Assembly (NCBI GenBank): GCA_047285535.1
Contig: JBJBDC010000001.1
Coordinates: forward strand, 1,280,136 to 1,344,135
DNA length: 64,000 nt
Source of the DNA: Synechococcus sp.
GTDB taxonomy: Bacteria > Cyanobacteriota > Cyanobacteriia > PCC-6307 > Cyanobiaceae
Direction of reading: 5' to 3'
Under the pieces are notes generated by a model, which worked only from the letters and a program-made list of their open reading frames with translations, made no database searches and was not told where the DNA came from. The translations under genes and the position numbers were made by a program. The stretch's first letter is position 1, and every line of letters begins with the position of its first letter. This document shows, in pieces, positions 50,178 through 60,154 of the stretch.

Positions 50178-53100
50178 TCAGAACAAAAACCTCAATCCCC
50201 CTGAATACCCGAATTGTGATCCTGCACTCTCAACCTCGTAGTTAGCTGTCGCGTAGAGAGAAGCGTTCTGAAAAATCTGCAGATCGCCTCCAGCAGCAAT
50301 AGTCAATGAATTTGCGCCGCCATTTTGCCCCTGGGATGTGATTTCACCTGTTCCTGGAGCATCAACAAAGCTAGCTGTCAGCTCTTTGGTCTGCCTGGAA
50401 TTTGCCAGTGCATCAACTTGATATATAAGGGCAAATTTTGGAGAAAAGCTTTGATTGCCACTCTTGGTAAATTTGATCGGAGTTGTAGCAACCTCGAGCC
50501 CAATAGTTCCGATAAGGCTGTTGGCATTATGGCTATTGATTTGTAAGTCAGTGGCGTTACCGCCTGACTCTTCAAATCCTTTCTGTTGATAGCTACTCAA
50601 TGCAACCCCGACCATTGGAGAGATGATAAGCCAATCATTTTTGGATTTAGTGTTGATGGGAAGGTCGTATTTGGCGTCAATACTTGTCGTATAGCCTCGA
50701 GCCGAAGTATTACCATCAATTGGTTGTTGATTGCCAATGAATCGAACCCTCCTCGTGCCCTCTACATCAAATTGCGTATACCCAATGGATGCTTGAATTT
50801 TAAGTCGATCAATGGGTTTGAAAGTCCCATAAATTGCAGCACTATTATTTGTAGAGCTAACCTCTGCAGAAGTTAGGCTCATCCCATAGAGATTTGAATT
50901 GCCATAGCCATAAGCTGCTCCAATACTCCATTGGCTTGTGGGGAAGTATTCAACACCCCAGAGTGCAATATCTGAATTGGAGAGATAAGAGGAAAGACCT
51001 TCTGTTCCATTGATGTCTGAATTCAACCTTGCTGCATCGGCAAAAATACATAAGGGAAGTTTCCGGTTTCTGTTCTCAGCTAGTGAGGAATCATCACTGG
51101 GTAATGAAACAACCCAACCCGTTTTTTTGCAGTTGCCTGCATGAGTGGCAAGCAACTCTCGTTGTTGCTTAAGTGAGTTCAAGCCTACCGCTTGAAATGC
51201 CGCATATGGCTCAGGTGATAGAGAGTTAATCGCAGCAGAAAGTTGATTGGCTGAGGTCAGTTGAACCAAATCATCCAGCAAACTGATGTATTCACTTGAA
51301 TAACCAGCTGCTTCTGCCTGCCCAGTCGTGAAGCCAGTATCTCCAATTGCATGGCCGGTTGCGTTGCTTCCTAACGTCCCTGTGTTGTTGCCAGCGATCA
51401 CAGCAAGATTTTGATATGAGGTGTCGAGCACATGTGCCGTTGACTTCTGGTTAAAGCCGGCATTTTTTTGAAAAATCAAGGCTGACCCAACAACACCAAC
51501 ACCATTTCTGGGCTTCCAAGCAATGTCCAATGTAGTTCCATCGCCATCACTGCCAACGACTAAATTTGCTCCACTTGAAAGAAGAATACTTTTGACTGCA
51601 TCTTGGTTCAGGCTTCCACTGTATGCAATGTTAGAGCTTGAGCTAATTAGTTGGTAATTAAAGAATGGGAATGGAGAACCTTGGTCATACGGAAGAATCA
51701 TTATTTCTCCATTAACAATGGCATCCCCATTGATAGAGATCTTGTCATTTTGAGGACCCTTGATTTCGATTTGAAGTTTGGCACCAGGCTTCTGATTGAA
51801 CTCACCAGAGACTGTCAGCGCACCAATCGAGCTTCCTGGAGTCATGAGTGCTCCAGATCTAAGCGTTGTTGGCCCAAGCTCTCCACTTCCGCCAACGGCA
51901 CCACCAGAGTTCACGGTCAAGTTTGAACTGGCAATCGAACCATCGACTTGCAGCAGCCCACCTAAGATTGTAGTTTCACCCGTATAAGTGTTTTGGCCAG
52001 TAAGTCTTAGAATTCCGTTGCCAGCTTTACTAAAACCACCAGTGCCAGAAATATCATTACTCCAAACTGAATTAAAGCCCTTGGTGTTGATTGCAAATAT
52101 AGGTGCAAAAATTGATTCGTTGCCTGGGATTAATGATGGATGGCCAAATTGAATTGGTCCTCTGACAGCACGCCCAGCATTGACTAATCCATGCCCAGCA
52201 TCTATCGCGGATAAGTTTGGTATTTCAGTTGCAGTTGTCAAAATAACTTCTATGACTTGGCGAGCTGTCATGTAGGGGAATGCCTGACGCACTAATGCGG
52301 CAACCCCAGCAACCAAAGGTGCTGCTTGAGATGTACCGCTTGAGTTCTCATAGTTGTTGATAGGTACTGTGGAATATATGTCCAATCCTGGCGCCCCAAT
52401 ACACCAATCAGCAGCAAGGCCGCAACGGTTAGTGAATTCGGTTAAAGCCCAGTCTTCACCATCTCGTTGGAGAGCTGTTACTCCTATGAGTGTGCCTGCT
52501 AGGTCAGAAAAGTCATACAGTTCTGCGGTCGACTTAGGAAGTTGGTTCCCTAGCCAGGTATTCACATCTTGGCTGTCAGCCAAATCGTTGAAAATTCGAT
52601 ACAAGGCATTAGTTGGTGCCGTTGGATCTGTAAATGGATAGCCTTCCTTTGTTTTTTTGGGTGTAATAAGAGGCAATGTTGGCATTCCATAGGGCTCTTT
52701 AGAAGCATTGGGTTGAAAATCATATCCATTGCCATTTGCTACAATTAATACAACATCTGCTTCTGCAAGTTTTCTCACGTCCTGCTCGTCGCGCAATAGC
52801 ATTCCTTCGGTAAAAAATTGGAAATATACCTGTGGCGCGCCCGGATTATCAAAGGGATCAGGTGCAAGTTGTGGCCCAAAGCTCGCATTCACAACTGAAG
52901 CACCGGAGTTGATAACTGCTTGAGCCCAATCTGGATCTAATGGCGGGTAAGCATTGTTTGGCTCGTTTCCCTTAATGGCTGCAATGGCTGCAATCGATGC
53001 GTCAAATGCAACGCCCATCATCTCAATCCCGTCCCGTTCAGCAGCTGCAATTCCTGCTACGTGAGTTCCATGGTCAGGAAATTGCCCTTCCTTTGAAAAG

Positions 53101-53402
53101 CCTGGTACTGGGAATTGGTAGCGTGGATGAGGCCAATAGATTCGTTGCTTTAACTGAGGGTGCGACCATTGAAGCTGTGTATCAGCGATTGCAATTTTAA
53201 TCCCCTTGCCTGTGAACCCAAGCGCGTACGCTTCCGCTGCATTTGTATATTGCAGGCCCCAGTTCTTGTAATATTCAGGCGTCTTAAAGCTAGATGTATT
53301 GGGTTGTGCATTTCCTACAGAACCTAGTGTGAATAATGTAAGTAGGCATGCGCCCGCACAAGCCTGCTGCAGTAATCCACTAGTGGCTTCATTCCATTTC
53401 AT
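50178..53402 (-). CDS. S8 (subtilase) serine protease autotransporter
   Basis: Triad IAIADT, DHGTHVAG, SGTSQAAP; NTYTGET repeat; barrel ending RFLF. Confidence 0.93.
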   Translation of the reverse strand: MKWNEATSGLLQQACAGACLLTLFTLGSVGNAQPNTSSFKTPEYYKNWGLQYTNAAEAYALGFTGKGIKIAIADTQLQWSHPQLKQRIYWPHPRYQFPVPGFSKEGQFPDHGTHVAGIAAAERDGIEMMGVAFDASIAAIAAIKGNEPNNAYPPLDPDWAQAVINSGASVVNASFGPQLAPDPFDNPGAPQVYFQFFTEGMLLRDEQDVRKLAEADVVLIVANGNGYDFQPNASKEPYGMPTLPLITPKKTKEGYPFTDPTAPTNALYRIFNDLADSQDVNTWLGNQLPKSTAELYDFSDLAGTLIGVTALQRDGEDWALTEFTNRCGLAADWCIGAPGLDIYSTVPINNYENSSGTSQAAPLVAGVAALVRQAFPYMTARQVIEVILTTATEIPNLSAIDAGHGLVNAGRAVRGPIQFGHPSLIPGNESIFAPIFAINTKGFNSVWSNDISGTGGFSKAGNGILRLTGQNTYTGETTILGGLLQVDGSIASSNLTVNSGGAVGGSGELGPTTLRSGALMTPGSSIGALTVSGEFNQKPGAKLQIEIKGPQNDKISINGDAIVNGEIMILPYDQGSPFPFFNYQLISSSSNIAYSGSLNQDAVKSILLSSGANLVVGSDGDGTTLDIAWKPRNGVGVVGSALIFQKNAGFNQKSTAHVLDTSYQNLAVIAGNNTGTLGSNATGHAIGDTGFTTGQAEAAGYSSEYISLLDDLVQLTSANQLSAAINSLSPEPYAAFQAVGLNSLKQQRELLATHAGNCKKTGWVVSLPSDDSSLAENRNRKLPLCIFADAARLNSDINGTEGLSSYLSNSDIALWGVEYFPTSQWSIGAAYGYGNSNLYGMSLTSAEVSSTNNSAAIYGTFKPIDRLKIQASIGYTQFDVEGTRRVRFIGNQQPIDGNTSARGYTTSIDAKYDLPINTKSKNDWLIISPMVGVALSSYQQKGFEESGGNATDLQINSHNANSLIGTIGLEVATTPIKFTKSGNQSFSPKFALIYQVDALANSRQTKELTASFVDAPGTGEITSQGQNGGANSLTIAAGGDLQIFQNASLYATANYEVESAGSQFGYSGGLRFLF

Positions 53403-53685
53403 CCTTTGGGCGGATTCATTTTCGCAGATTAGGCACTACTTCCCATTTTTCAACTAATTTTTTCAGAAGATCCCATTTGGGTTCGCCGTCTCAGGGCAAT
53501 TGCCTTGCTTTTCTTGTTCTGTATTTTCATGCGCTTGCCTGTATCTGATGGCTGACTAGTAATAGTCTTGTTTCTGTTTTTGATGAATCAATTCTTGGGT
53601 AGCAAGCTCCTGGCCTGAGAAACTGTCCACAATCCATAGACGCTCAGTAAAGGGCAGTCAAACTACGTAATATCTATGAAAAATA

Positions 53686-55245
53686 ATGACGTCAGATTCG
53701 CCTGGATACTTCTTCGATGAAACAAGCTGGAGAAATAATCCACAGTTTAAGAAAGATATCGCCTTGATGGCAACGTTGGACCCCAAAGCTAGGGCAAATC
53801 TGACATCAAGCCCTGAAAATTATGTCGTTGGAATGACATCTGAAATAGCCAATACACCAGGCGACCAGGGAGATACAAAGGCCTACCAATACTAGGACAA
53901 GGGCTGGAAACTAAGCAAGGCACTGATTCAGAGCTGGGATCCCCAAACTAAATCCGCGAAGAGTCTCGCCAACGAAATACTAAGCAATTTATACCTTTAT
54001 CCTGCCAATCAAATCCAGCCAAGTGAGGGGCAATCATCCAAGAAAAAGGGATTTGCTTTCTGGTGCCAAGACCTAGAAGTTAATGCTGAATTACCTGCTA
54101 ATGGACCTGATATACAAGCGCAATTTGCTGGGATTCTTGCGGCCATGTGGGCGGGGCACCAAGTTTTAAAAGGGTCGAACGTTAAAAAAATACCCATAGT
54201 GTCTAGAAGTATCATGACTAATCTACATGTTGACCCGGCAACACAGCAGTTTGATCAAACAGAATTGGTTGATTTGACTGATGTAATCCCAATGCTTAAG
54301 AAGCTAGGAATAAGCAATATTCAAGGGACCCCGCCACCTGACTATTCGCGAGTCAAGCAAGGCAGAAAATCATGGAACTTGATGTCCGTCCTTAAGCAAA
54401 ACGGTTTGATTGATGGATTTATCTATGAAGAGTATTCGCAAGTGGATGCCAGCTCAAAGACCCCTCTCCGCATAACAAGCTTTCACGCTCCATTCGATGT
54501 AAAGCAAGATCTTCCATATGCGCTCATGGGCCACTATTACGGGAAAGGTAGCAACCTCCCAACGGCTAGCAGTTCCAAAGGGGTGGCTTTTGATTTTTAT
54601 GATAAGAACGGTGTTATGCCAATCAATGCTGCTGCCTATTTCGCGGCTGGATCAAAAGACATTTCGGAAGCGCTAGCGATTGACCCTGCGACCTATTTTT
54701 TGCCAACACCATCACCACTTGCAAATTCAACAGCAAGCAATCTTCAGTATTCAGAATCTGGCGGTAAAAGAATCATTGACCTGTCGATGCTTTCTTCTGG
54801 CTATCAAGCAATTATTAACATTGATGTAAGCCGAGAGGCTGACTATTCATCATTTTCTGGTTTCTATCGACTCGCCGATTCCGATGGGTCAGTCAGGGAT
54901 CCAATCAGTGGTCAACTCATTGCACCAGGTCAGTTTGGCTACAAAGAGGCAGCTCTTTCGGCGTCTAATCGAATCTCTAGTATCGATAATCTCTACCTTT
55001 CGTCTGACGGATCAGGTAGCTTTTCTGCATCTTTACATGGAGGAATGATGTTTGCTCCATTCACAGAGGTCACTGAGCCTGGCCATGAAAATACTTTTTT
55101 CAGTTTTGCCGCCGCGAATTCGGATGGATTTCAACACTTTAAACAAATAGCACCTAATTCTTTCGGTATGGAAGACATGCACAATGGAGGGGACAAAGAT
55201 TTTAATGACTTAGTTATTGATTTGAGCATCACGGAAATAATATAA
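53686..55245 (+). pseudogene. DUF4114-like C-terminal domain protein interrupted by one in-frame TAG
   Basis: 53686-53895 and 54145-55245 share a frame that is open except TAG 53893-53895; C-terminus FSFAAANSDG..HF...FGMEDMHNGGDKDFNDL. Confidence 0.75.
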
Positions 55246-55481
55246 GTTCGCTTCGTCTCTGGAGTGGTGTCGAGTAGATATCGCTTAAATTTCTCTTTTA
55301 TCATGTCTGTTTTCACCAAGAGTGCCGTTTTCTTCGTTGCTTTAAGTTCAGATTTGATAGGTCTGATTTTTAGCGGCCTCTTCCATCTCCATAGCACGAC
55401 TAACGGACTCCTCCGTTCAAGCTGCCTCCTGCACTGGCGAGTCTCTCCTGAGGTCCACTCCGGAGAGCTTTTGTGGGGTTG

Positions 55482-55900
55482 CTATTTCCCGGTAAGCCCA
55501 GTGATCTTCATCAGTTGCACTGCAGCGCCCACTGCTGCGCCGTATTGCCGATCATTCATGGACTGCTCAACAACGGTCTCCATCTGCGAAATCAACTGCA
55601 CGGCATAGTCCTTCCGGTCGAGTTCGTACTGCTGCTTCAGCTGTTCATTTCATAGGCCCTGGCTCGCAACGTCTCGATCTGACGGTGGGTCAGCCCCCAT
55701 TGAGCTGAAGCGTGCTGCAGAACTGAGAGGCGTCCATGACCATCGGCTACCCACAGGCAGATTTGATTGATTCGCTGATCAGTGACTTCTTTTGAGGCTT
55801 TACCGGCCACTGCACGATGGAGTGGATGATCTAATGCCCATTGTTCCCAAGCCGGTGAATCTTTGGGCGGTGGCTTGATTGATTCAATTCTTGGTTTCAT
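55482..55900 (-). pseudogene. Terminase small subunit-like gene, frameshifted
   Basis: Removing a 5-bp duplication (55644-55653) gives a 137-aa ORF with QWGLTHRQIE HTH and QYGAAVGA C-terminus. Confidence 0.65.
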
Positions 55901-56053
55901 TTGCTATCCCAGCAACGGCTCGTGTTAGTCGCTAACTGTGGTTTGATCGCTTTCCATCGTGTGCGGGACCACTAGCGGGACCACTTCAGTCCTGTTGATA
56001 ATCTAGCGACGACTTGATGCCCTCTTCATCGAAAAAGAGAGTAACAAGATGAG

Positions 56054-56190
56054 CTTGGGAAGCTTGGAAGCTTGTTATACCAATTGATTTCAGTCTTGTT
56101 GTCACTACTTGGCAAGCCTTGGCAAGTCTTGGAAAGAATGACTCCCAAGTGTCTAATCCATTGCGGTGGAAGGGGGTCAAGTCTCCCAAG
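56054..56190. repeat. Iteron-like CTTGGNAAG cluster (putative ori)
   Basis: Five direct copies (three at 10-bp period, 56108-56136) and two inverted CTCCCAAG copies. Confidence 0.65.
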
Positions 56191-56198
56191 ATGGTTGG

Positions 56199-57812
56199 TT
56201 AGTCACTCCTGATTTGGAACCGCTCAGATCGCCCATCTTTTGAGCTTCGCAGGATGTCTTTGCGGACCAATGACTTCAGCCGCTGACGCATCGACTCAAT
56301 GGCTGAGTTGTCAGGCTGGCTTTTGTCGCCGCACTCCAGTGATGCAACCTCGATGGCAGTAGCACCTTTGGGGCTCTTCCCCATGCTGCAAGCAGCACTA
56401 ACCAGCTCAATCGCCTTGCGTTGTTGCTCCGTCAGTCCATCGATCACAGCAGCCTTCCGGTCGTCAGCGGTTAGTGATGCCAGCTCCTTTTGGAACTCGC
56501 CCAGCACCTTGAAAGTGCCTTGGGGCCAATCACCACGGATCAGCAGGTCTTGGTAGGGACCTCGGCCTTCCACAACCATCCGGCGATGAGGGTTGTCTTT
56601 ATCGGCGATCCTCTTGCCGGTCTGAGGGTCTTTTGTCTGGAGGAAGTGCAGAGAGATGCCTGCTGATGGGACACCCTTGGCAGAGCCATGCCCGCGAATG
56701 GCAGCAATGCCAACCTGCGATGTGTCAGCTGAACTATGGAAAGCGCAGATATGGGCTTTCAGCGCAGCTCCAATCGTGCTCTGCAACTCAATCAGCGCAC
56801 CCCCTGCGCCAGGGTCCTGGTCATCGCCATAGATCGGCTGGATGTTCCGGAAAAAGCTGTCTGAGAGCAGAACCGCTCCAGGGTGCTGAGTGGTGAGCTT
56901 GATCAGTTCGTCGTGGCCTTCCTCATCCCAGCAAAGGCCGTCTTCCTCGGTGAAGACTTTGACGATCGCGTGGTGGTATTTGCCCTCTGCATCAATCAGA
57001 CCAACAGCGCGTAGATAGGCGTTGGTGTCGACTGCAGGCTGGTCAGTCCACCAAAGGATCAACTTGTGGGGACCGGGAGCTGGCTGCCATGCCGGGTTGC
57101 CCATGAATGGGCGTTGAAAGACCAGCGAGGCCGCGAGGTCGCAAAGCAGCTTGGTTTTGCCGACCTTGGCAAAGGCAGCGACTGCAGTCAGGCAGTTTTG
57201 AGCGATGAGGTCGTTGATTAGCCATTGCTTTTGCAAATTCCGGACCTGGCACCCACCCGAAACGCCACGCTCGGCAGTGCCGCGAATGCGATGACGCTGC
57301 AGCTCTCGAATCCTTTTGGTGACCTGATCTGGAGTGACTCTGATCCTGAGCTTGTTGGCAGCTGTGGCAGCTCTGATGTGCCGCCGTACGGGATTGCGCT
57401 CAAAAGCTAGGTGCTCTGGATCAACCAGCTGCTGCAATAGCTGCTCCCACTGATCAAGCGGCGCTAGCTGCTCTTGAGCCTTGGCATCAGTCGCGAACTG
57501 CGGAGCTTGCGCTTGAACGCCCGCAAGAATCGTCCCAAGGTTGACTCCTTTGGTTGCAATCCAATCGGCAATGTCTCTGCCACCGTCGGCTGGACAACTC
57601 GGATCGTCAGGGAAAGGGATGAACCATCGGCAACCGGGATGGGCTTGGGCGACGTTTCTGGCGTAAGCAAGACCTGGTTGGTCCCTGTCTGGGGAGACCA
57701 CGAGCCGCTCAGCAGGTATGTGGTCACCATCGCGCTCCGGTCGGAACCCCTTAGAACCGCCAAGGCTGGTGACGGCAGGGATGCCCACGGACCAGCACGC
57801 GTCGAAGGTCAT
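56199..57812 (-). CDS. Partial TOPRIM plus RecA-like (AAA_25/RepA-type) helicase replication protein
   Basis: VVSPDRDQPG (DxD), DIADW, Walker A AFAKVGKT, Walker B VLLSDS, wHTH-like C-terminus. Confidence 0.8.
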   Translation of the reverse strand: MTFDACWSVGIPAVTSLGGSKGFRPERDGDHIPAERLVVSPDRDQPGLAYARNVAQAHPGCRWFIPFPDDPSCPADGGRDIADWIATKGVNLGTILAGVQAQAPQFATDAKAQEQLAPLDQWEQLLQQLVDPEHLAFERNPVRRHIRAATAANKLRIRVTPDQVTKRIRELQRHRIRGTAERGVSGGCQVRNLQKQWLINDLIAQNCLTAVAAFAKVGKTKLLCDLAASLVFQRPFMGNPAWQPAPGPHKLILWWTDQPAVDTNAYLRAVGLIDAEGKYHHAIVKVFTEEDGLCWDEEGHDELIKLTTQHPGAVLLSDSFFRNIQPIYGDDQDPGAGGALIELQSTIGAALKAHICAFHSSADTSQVGIAAIRGHGSAKGVPSAGISLHFLQTKDPQTGKRIADKDNPHRRMVVEGRGPYQDLLIRGDWPQGTFKVLGEFQKELASLTADDRKAAVIDGLTEQQRKAIELVSAACSMGKSPKGATAIEVASLECGDKSQPDNSAIESMRQRLKSLVRKDILRSSKDGRSERFQIRSD

Positions 57813-57852
57813 CAGCAGACCTCCAGCAAGCGGATATGGAAATCGTTCAGGC

Positions 57853-58095
57853 TCATTCGACGAGCCTCCGCTTGGCGGCGATGGCCTCATCCCATGCGCG
57901 CAGGGTGGCCTCTAGATCCCAGACGATCTGGCAGCAGTTGGGTGATTTACGGCGGTAGTGAATGCCGTGTTTGAGGAACTGATCGCAGGGGCGAACGTCT
58001 TTGTCTTGGTAGTCCTCGCGGCGGCGATGAAGGGTCTTGGGATCACTGAAGCCAAGCTCCCCGATCACCTGCCGCGTTGTTGCGTTGAAAGTCAC
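57853..58095 (-). CDS. Excisionase-like winged-helix protein
   Basis: 80 aa, ELGFSDPKTLHRRR HTH, GIHYRR wing; between integrase and primase. Confidence 0.6.
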   Translation of the reverse strand: MTFNATTRQVIGELGFSDPKTLHRRREDYQDKDVRPCDQFLKHGIHYRRKSPNCCQIVWDLEATLRAWDEAIAAKRRLVE

Positions 58096-58102
58096 GTGCT
58101 GG

Positions 58103-58543
58103 TCACATCAGATGGATGTGGCCGACCAAACGCTTAGCTCTGTGTTGGATCCTCTTTGACGAACACCACTCCCCCTTGCAGTAAGGCAATGGTGTGTTCC
58201 ACCGTGTCGCGCTCAACGATCCGCATGGGCGGGAGGTTGATTGCATTCGGGTGAGCTTGTCGGCCTGCTGGTAAGCACGCATCACTGCTGGAGGCATAGA
58301 AACCTCAAGAAATGAGGGCAAGCCAGAAATCGAGTGCGGCGGGGGCACCGGAAGGTCAAACCCAATGGCAGCATCAGCCTCAATCATCTTTTTGACGAGG
58401 GAAGCTGAGTACGGCGCGCCTTTCGGCAGCAGCATTTTTTGGGAACGACGACGTGACAAGGCTGTCTCAATGAACAGAGAAAGCGGCTGGTCACAGTTCC
58501 GATTGCCCGCTGGAAGCCATCCCAGGGGTTCAGGCGAGATCAA
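58103..58543 (-). CDS. Element hypothetical protein
   Basis: Co-oriented ORF in the integrase-xis interval. Confidence 0.4.
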   Translation of the reverse strand: MISPEPLGWLPAGNRNCDQPLSLFIETALSRRRSQKMLLPKGAPYSASLVKKMIEADAAIGFDLPVPPPHSISGLPSFLEVSMPPAVMRAYQQADKLTRMQSTSRPCGSLSATRWNTPLPYCKGEWCSSKRIQHRAKRLVGHIHLM

Positions 58544-58741
58544 GGAGACCCTCGAAAGGATGGCCTTGATAACTGATGCCTACATTTTAGTCAGGGTTGG
58601 TGGCCCTTCTCCGCCCTCGGTGCACCTAACGGCTCAAATAATCAGGAAGTCTTTCTCGAAGATGTCGATGCTCAGAAGTAATACCGCGACGTCAGCCTGT
58701 TTAGTGATGAATGCATGCCAGTGTGCATTCCCTCGGGCTAG

Positions 58742-60007
58742 TTATTTCACTTCTGTCGTTTGGGAATTAAGGATCCGCTCAAACACTTCTGCGGTTGTTT
58801 CCTCGGTCGCTGTGACGTAGTTCTCGCTGTGGGTTTTTTCGCTGTGGCCCATGGCCATCGCCACGCTGGCTCCAGTTAGTCCGCGTAGGTGGGCGCGCAC
58901 GCTGTAGGCGTTCCTAAAGCTGTAAGGACGCAACCATTGCCCTTGCGCCTCGTAGTGCTCAGACCATTGCTTCCATAGCGGCAGCCTGCGCAGGTACTGG
59001 GAGACGGCTTCTCCCCTGGTGTTCAAAGGTGGGAATGGCAGTAACCCTGCTTTCAGTTCACCGGCGAGGTCGTTGGCTGGAACGACGCCATCAGGGCCTT
59101 GCAACGGCACGGCCTGTAGCCAGCGGGGTTTGGTGGCCGTCTTCGTCGTACGACCACCGGCGGCTTTGCGGTAACTGCACCAGATCTGCAGCTTCCCTGT
59201 TGTTGGGTTGGTCTTTGCCGTTAGGTGCAGCAACTCCTCTGGCCTCAAGCCAAAAACCGCCATCACGAACAGCACGTTCTGCCACTCCTGGCTGGGGCAG
59301 CTGTTGATCAGTTCAAGGATTTGAGCGTCACGGAGGATTGCCGTTTCCCTGGGTTCAGCGGGCTTCCCGTTCCCGGCAAGGCTGAGCTTGTGATGTTGGG
59401 GAAGAATCCATTCCGGGCTTAAGCCTTCATGGGCCACGGCGAAGGTGAGCATCCGCGTGATTGCTCCAACGCACTGCTGGCGTGACCGTGGTTTGTTGCT
59501 CCAGCCGCCACTGCTGATGGCCGCATCAATCAGCTTGTAAGGAGAGCTGGGTGGCTTCGCGGAGGTCAGAAGTGCAATGGCTTGGTCGCAGTAGCTGCGT
59601 TCCAGGGCCATCGTTTTATCGCTGATGCGTTTCCCGTTCTCCTGCCGGTCTCTGTAGAAGGCTTTGGCGATTGCTCTCCATTTGATTCCGCCAGTGAGGG
59701 TTGGCACGCCGAGTGCTGGTTCTTCGGTGGTGTCTTCGGGGTGACGCTCAAGCCAGGCTTCGCTCAGCGACTTGGGTGGGTTGCCTGCTGTCGCTTTGTG
59801 CAGGGCTTTCAGTTCATTGGTGACTGGCCCGATGCAGCCGATTTCCCAGGCATAGGGAAGTGTCTTGCTCCATTGACCTGCAGCGCCACCTGCTCCCTGC
59901 CTGACGCGCAATTTGACCCGACCACGGTGTTCGCTCACCGACCAGCCACGTGGGATGCCGGCTTCCTTGATTGATTCCTTCAGCGCAGGGCGGAAATCGA
60001 AGCCCAT
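58742..60007 (-). CDS. Tyrosine integrase
   Basis: FGLRPEEL (R), YSFRNAY (YxxR variant), MGHS, ENY; adjacent to tRNA. Confidence 0.95.
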   Translation of the reverse strand: MGFDFRPALKESIKEAGIPRGWSVSEHRGRVKLRVRQGAGGAAGQWSKTLPYAWEIGCIGPVTNELKALHKATAGNPPKSLSEAWLERHPEDTTEEPALGVPTLTGGIKWRAIAKAFYRDRQENGKRISDKTMALERSYCDQAIALLTSAKPPSSPYKLIDAAISSGGWSNKPRSRQQCVGAITRMLTFAVAHEGLSPEWILPQHHKLSLAGNGKPAEPRETAILRDAQILELINSCPSQEWQNVLFVMAVFGLRPEELLHLTAKTNPTTGKLQIWCSYRKAAGGRTTKTATKPRWLQAVPLQGPDGVVPANDLAGELKAGLLPFPPLNTRGEAVSQYLRRLPLWKQWSEHYEAQGQWLRPYSFRNAYSVRAHLRGLTGASVAMAMGHSEKTHSENYVTATEETTAEVFERILNSQTTEVK

Positions 60008-60050
60008 GGGCTCTATTCGGCCAGTTCAGCTGGGTTCAGTTTGAGGTGAA

Positions 60051-60072
60051 AGTGGTCCCGCAGTGGTCCCGC
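60051..60072 (+). repeat. Tandem arm-type site AGTGGTCCCGC x2
   Basis: Also at 48996-49005, inverted at 49017-49027 and inverted tandem at 55963-55985. Confidence 0.8.
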
Positions 60073-60154
60073 TAGCTCAAAAGCAGGCTTATTAGGCTTT
60101 TCCGGGTTCCAGGGTGATTCCCTAGATCCATTGCCCTGTCTTGTTTTTTAGAGA

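Noticed and set aside
35351..53895. Amber recoding suggested by several in-frame TAGs (35351, 48459, 53893)
   Set aside because: Two of the three genes have other lesions, TAG ends normal genes here, and no suppressor tRNA or pyl genes are visible
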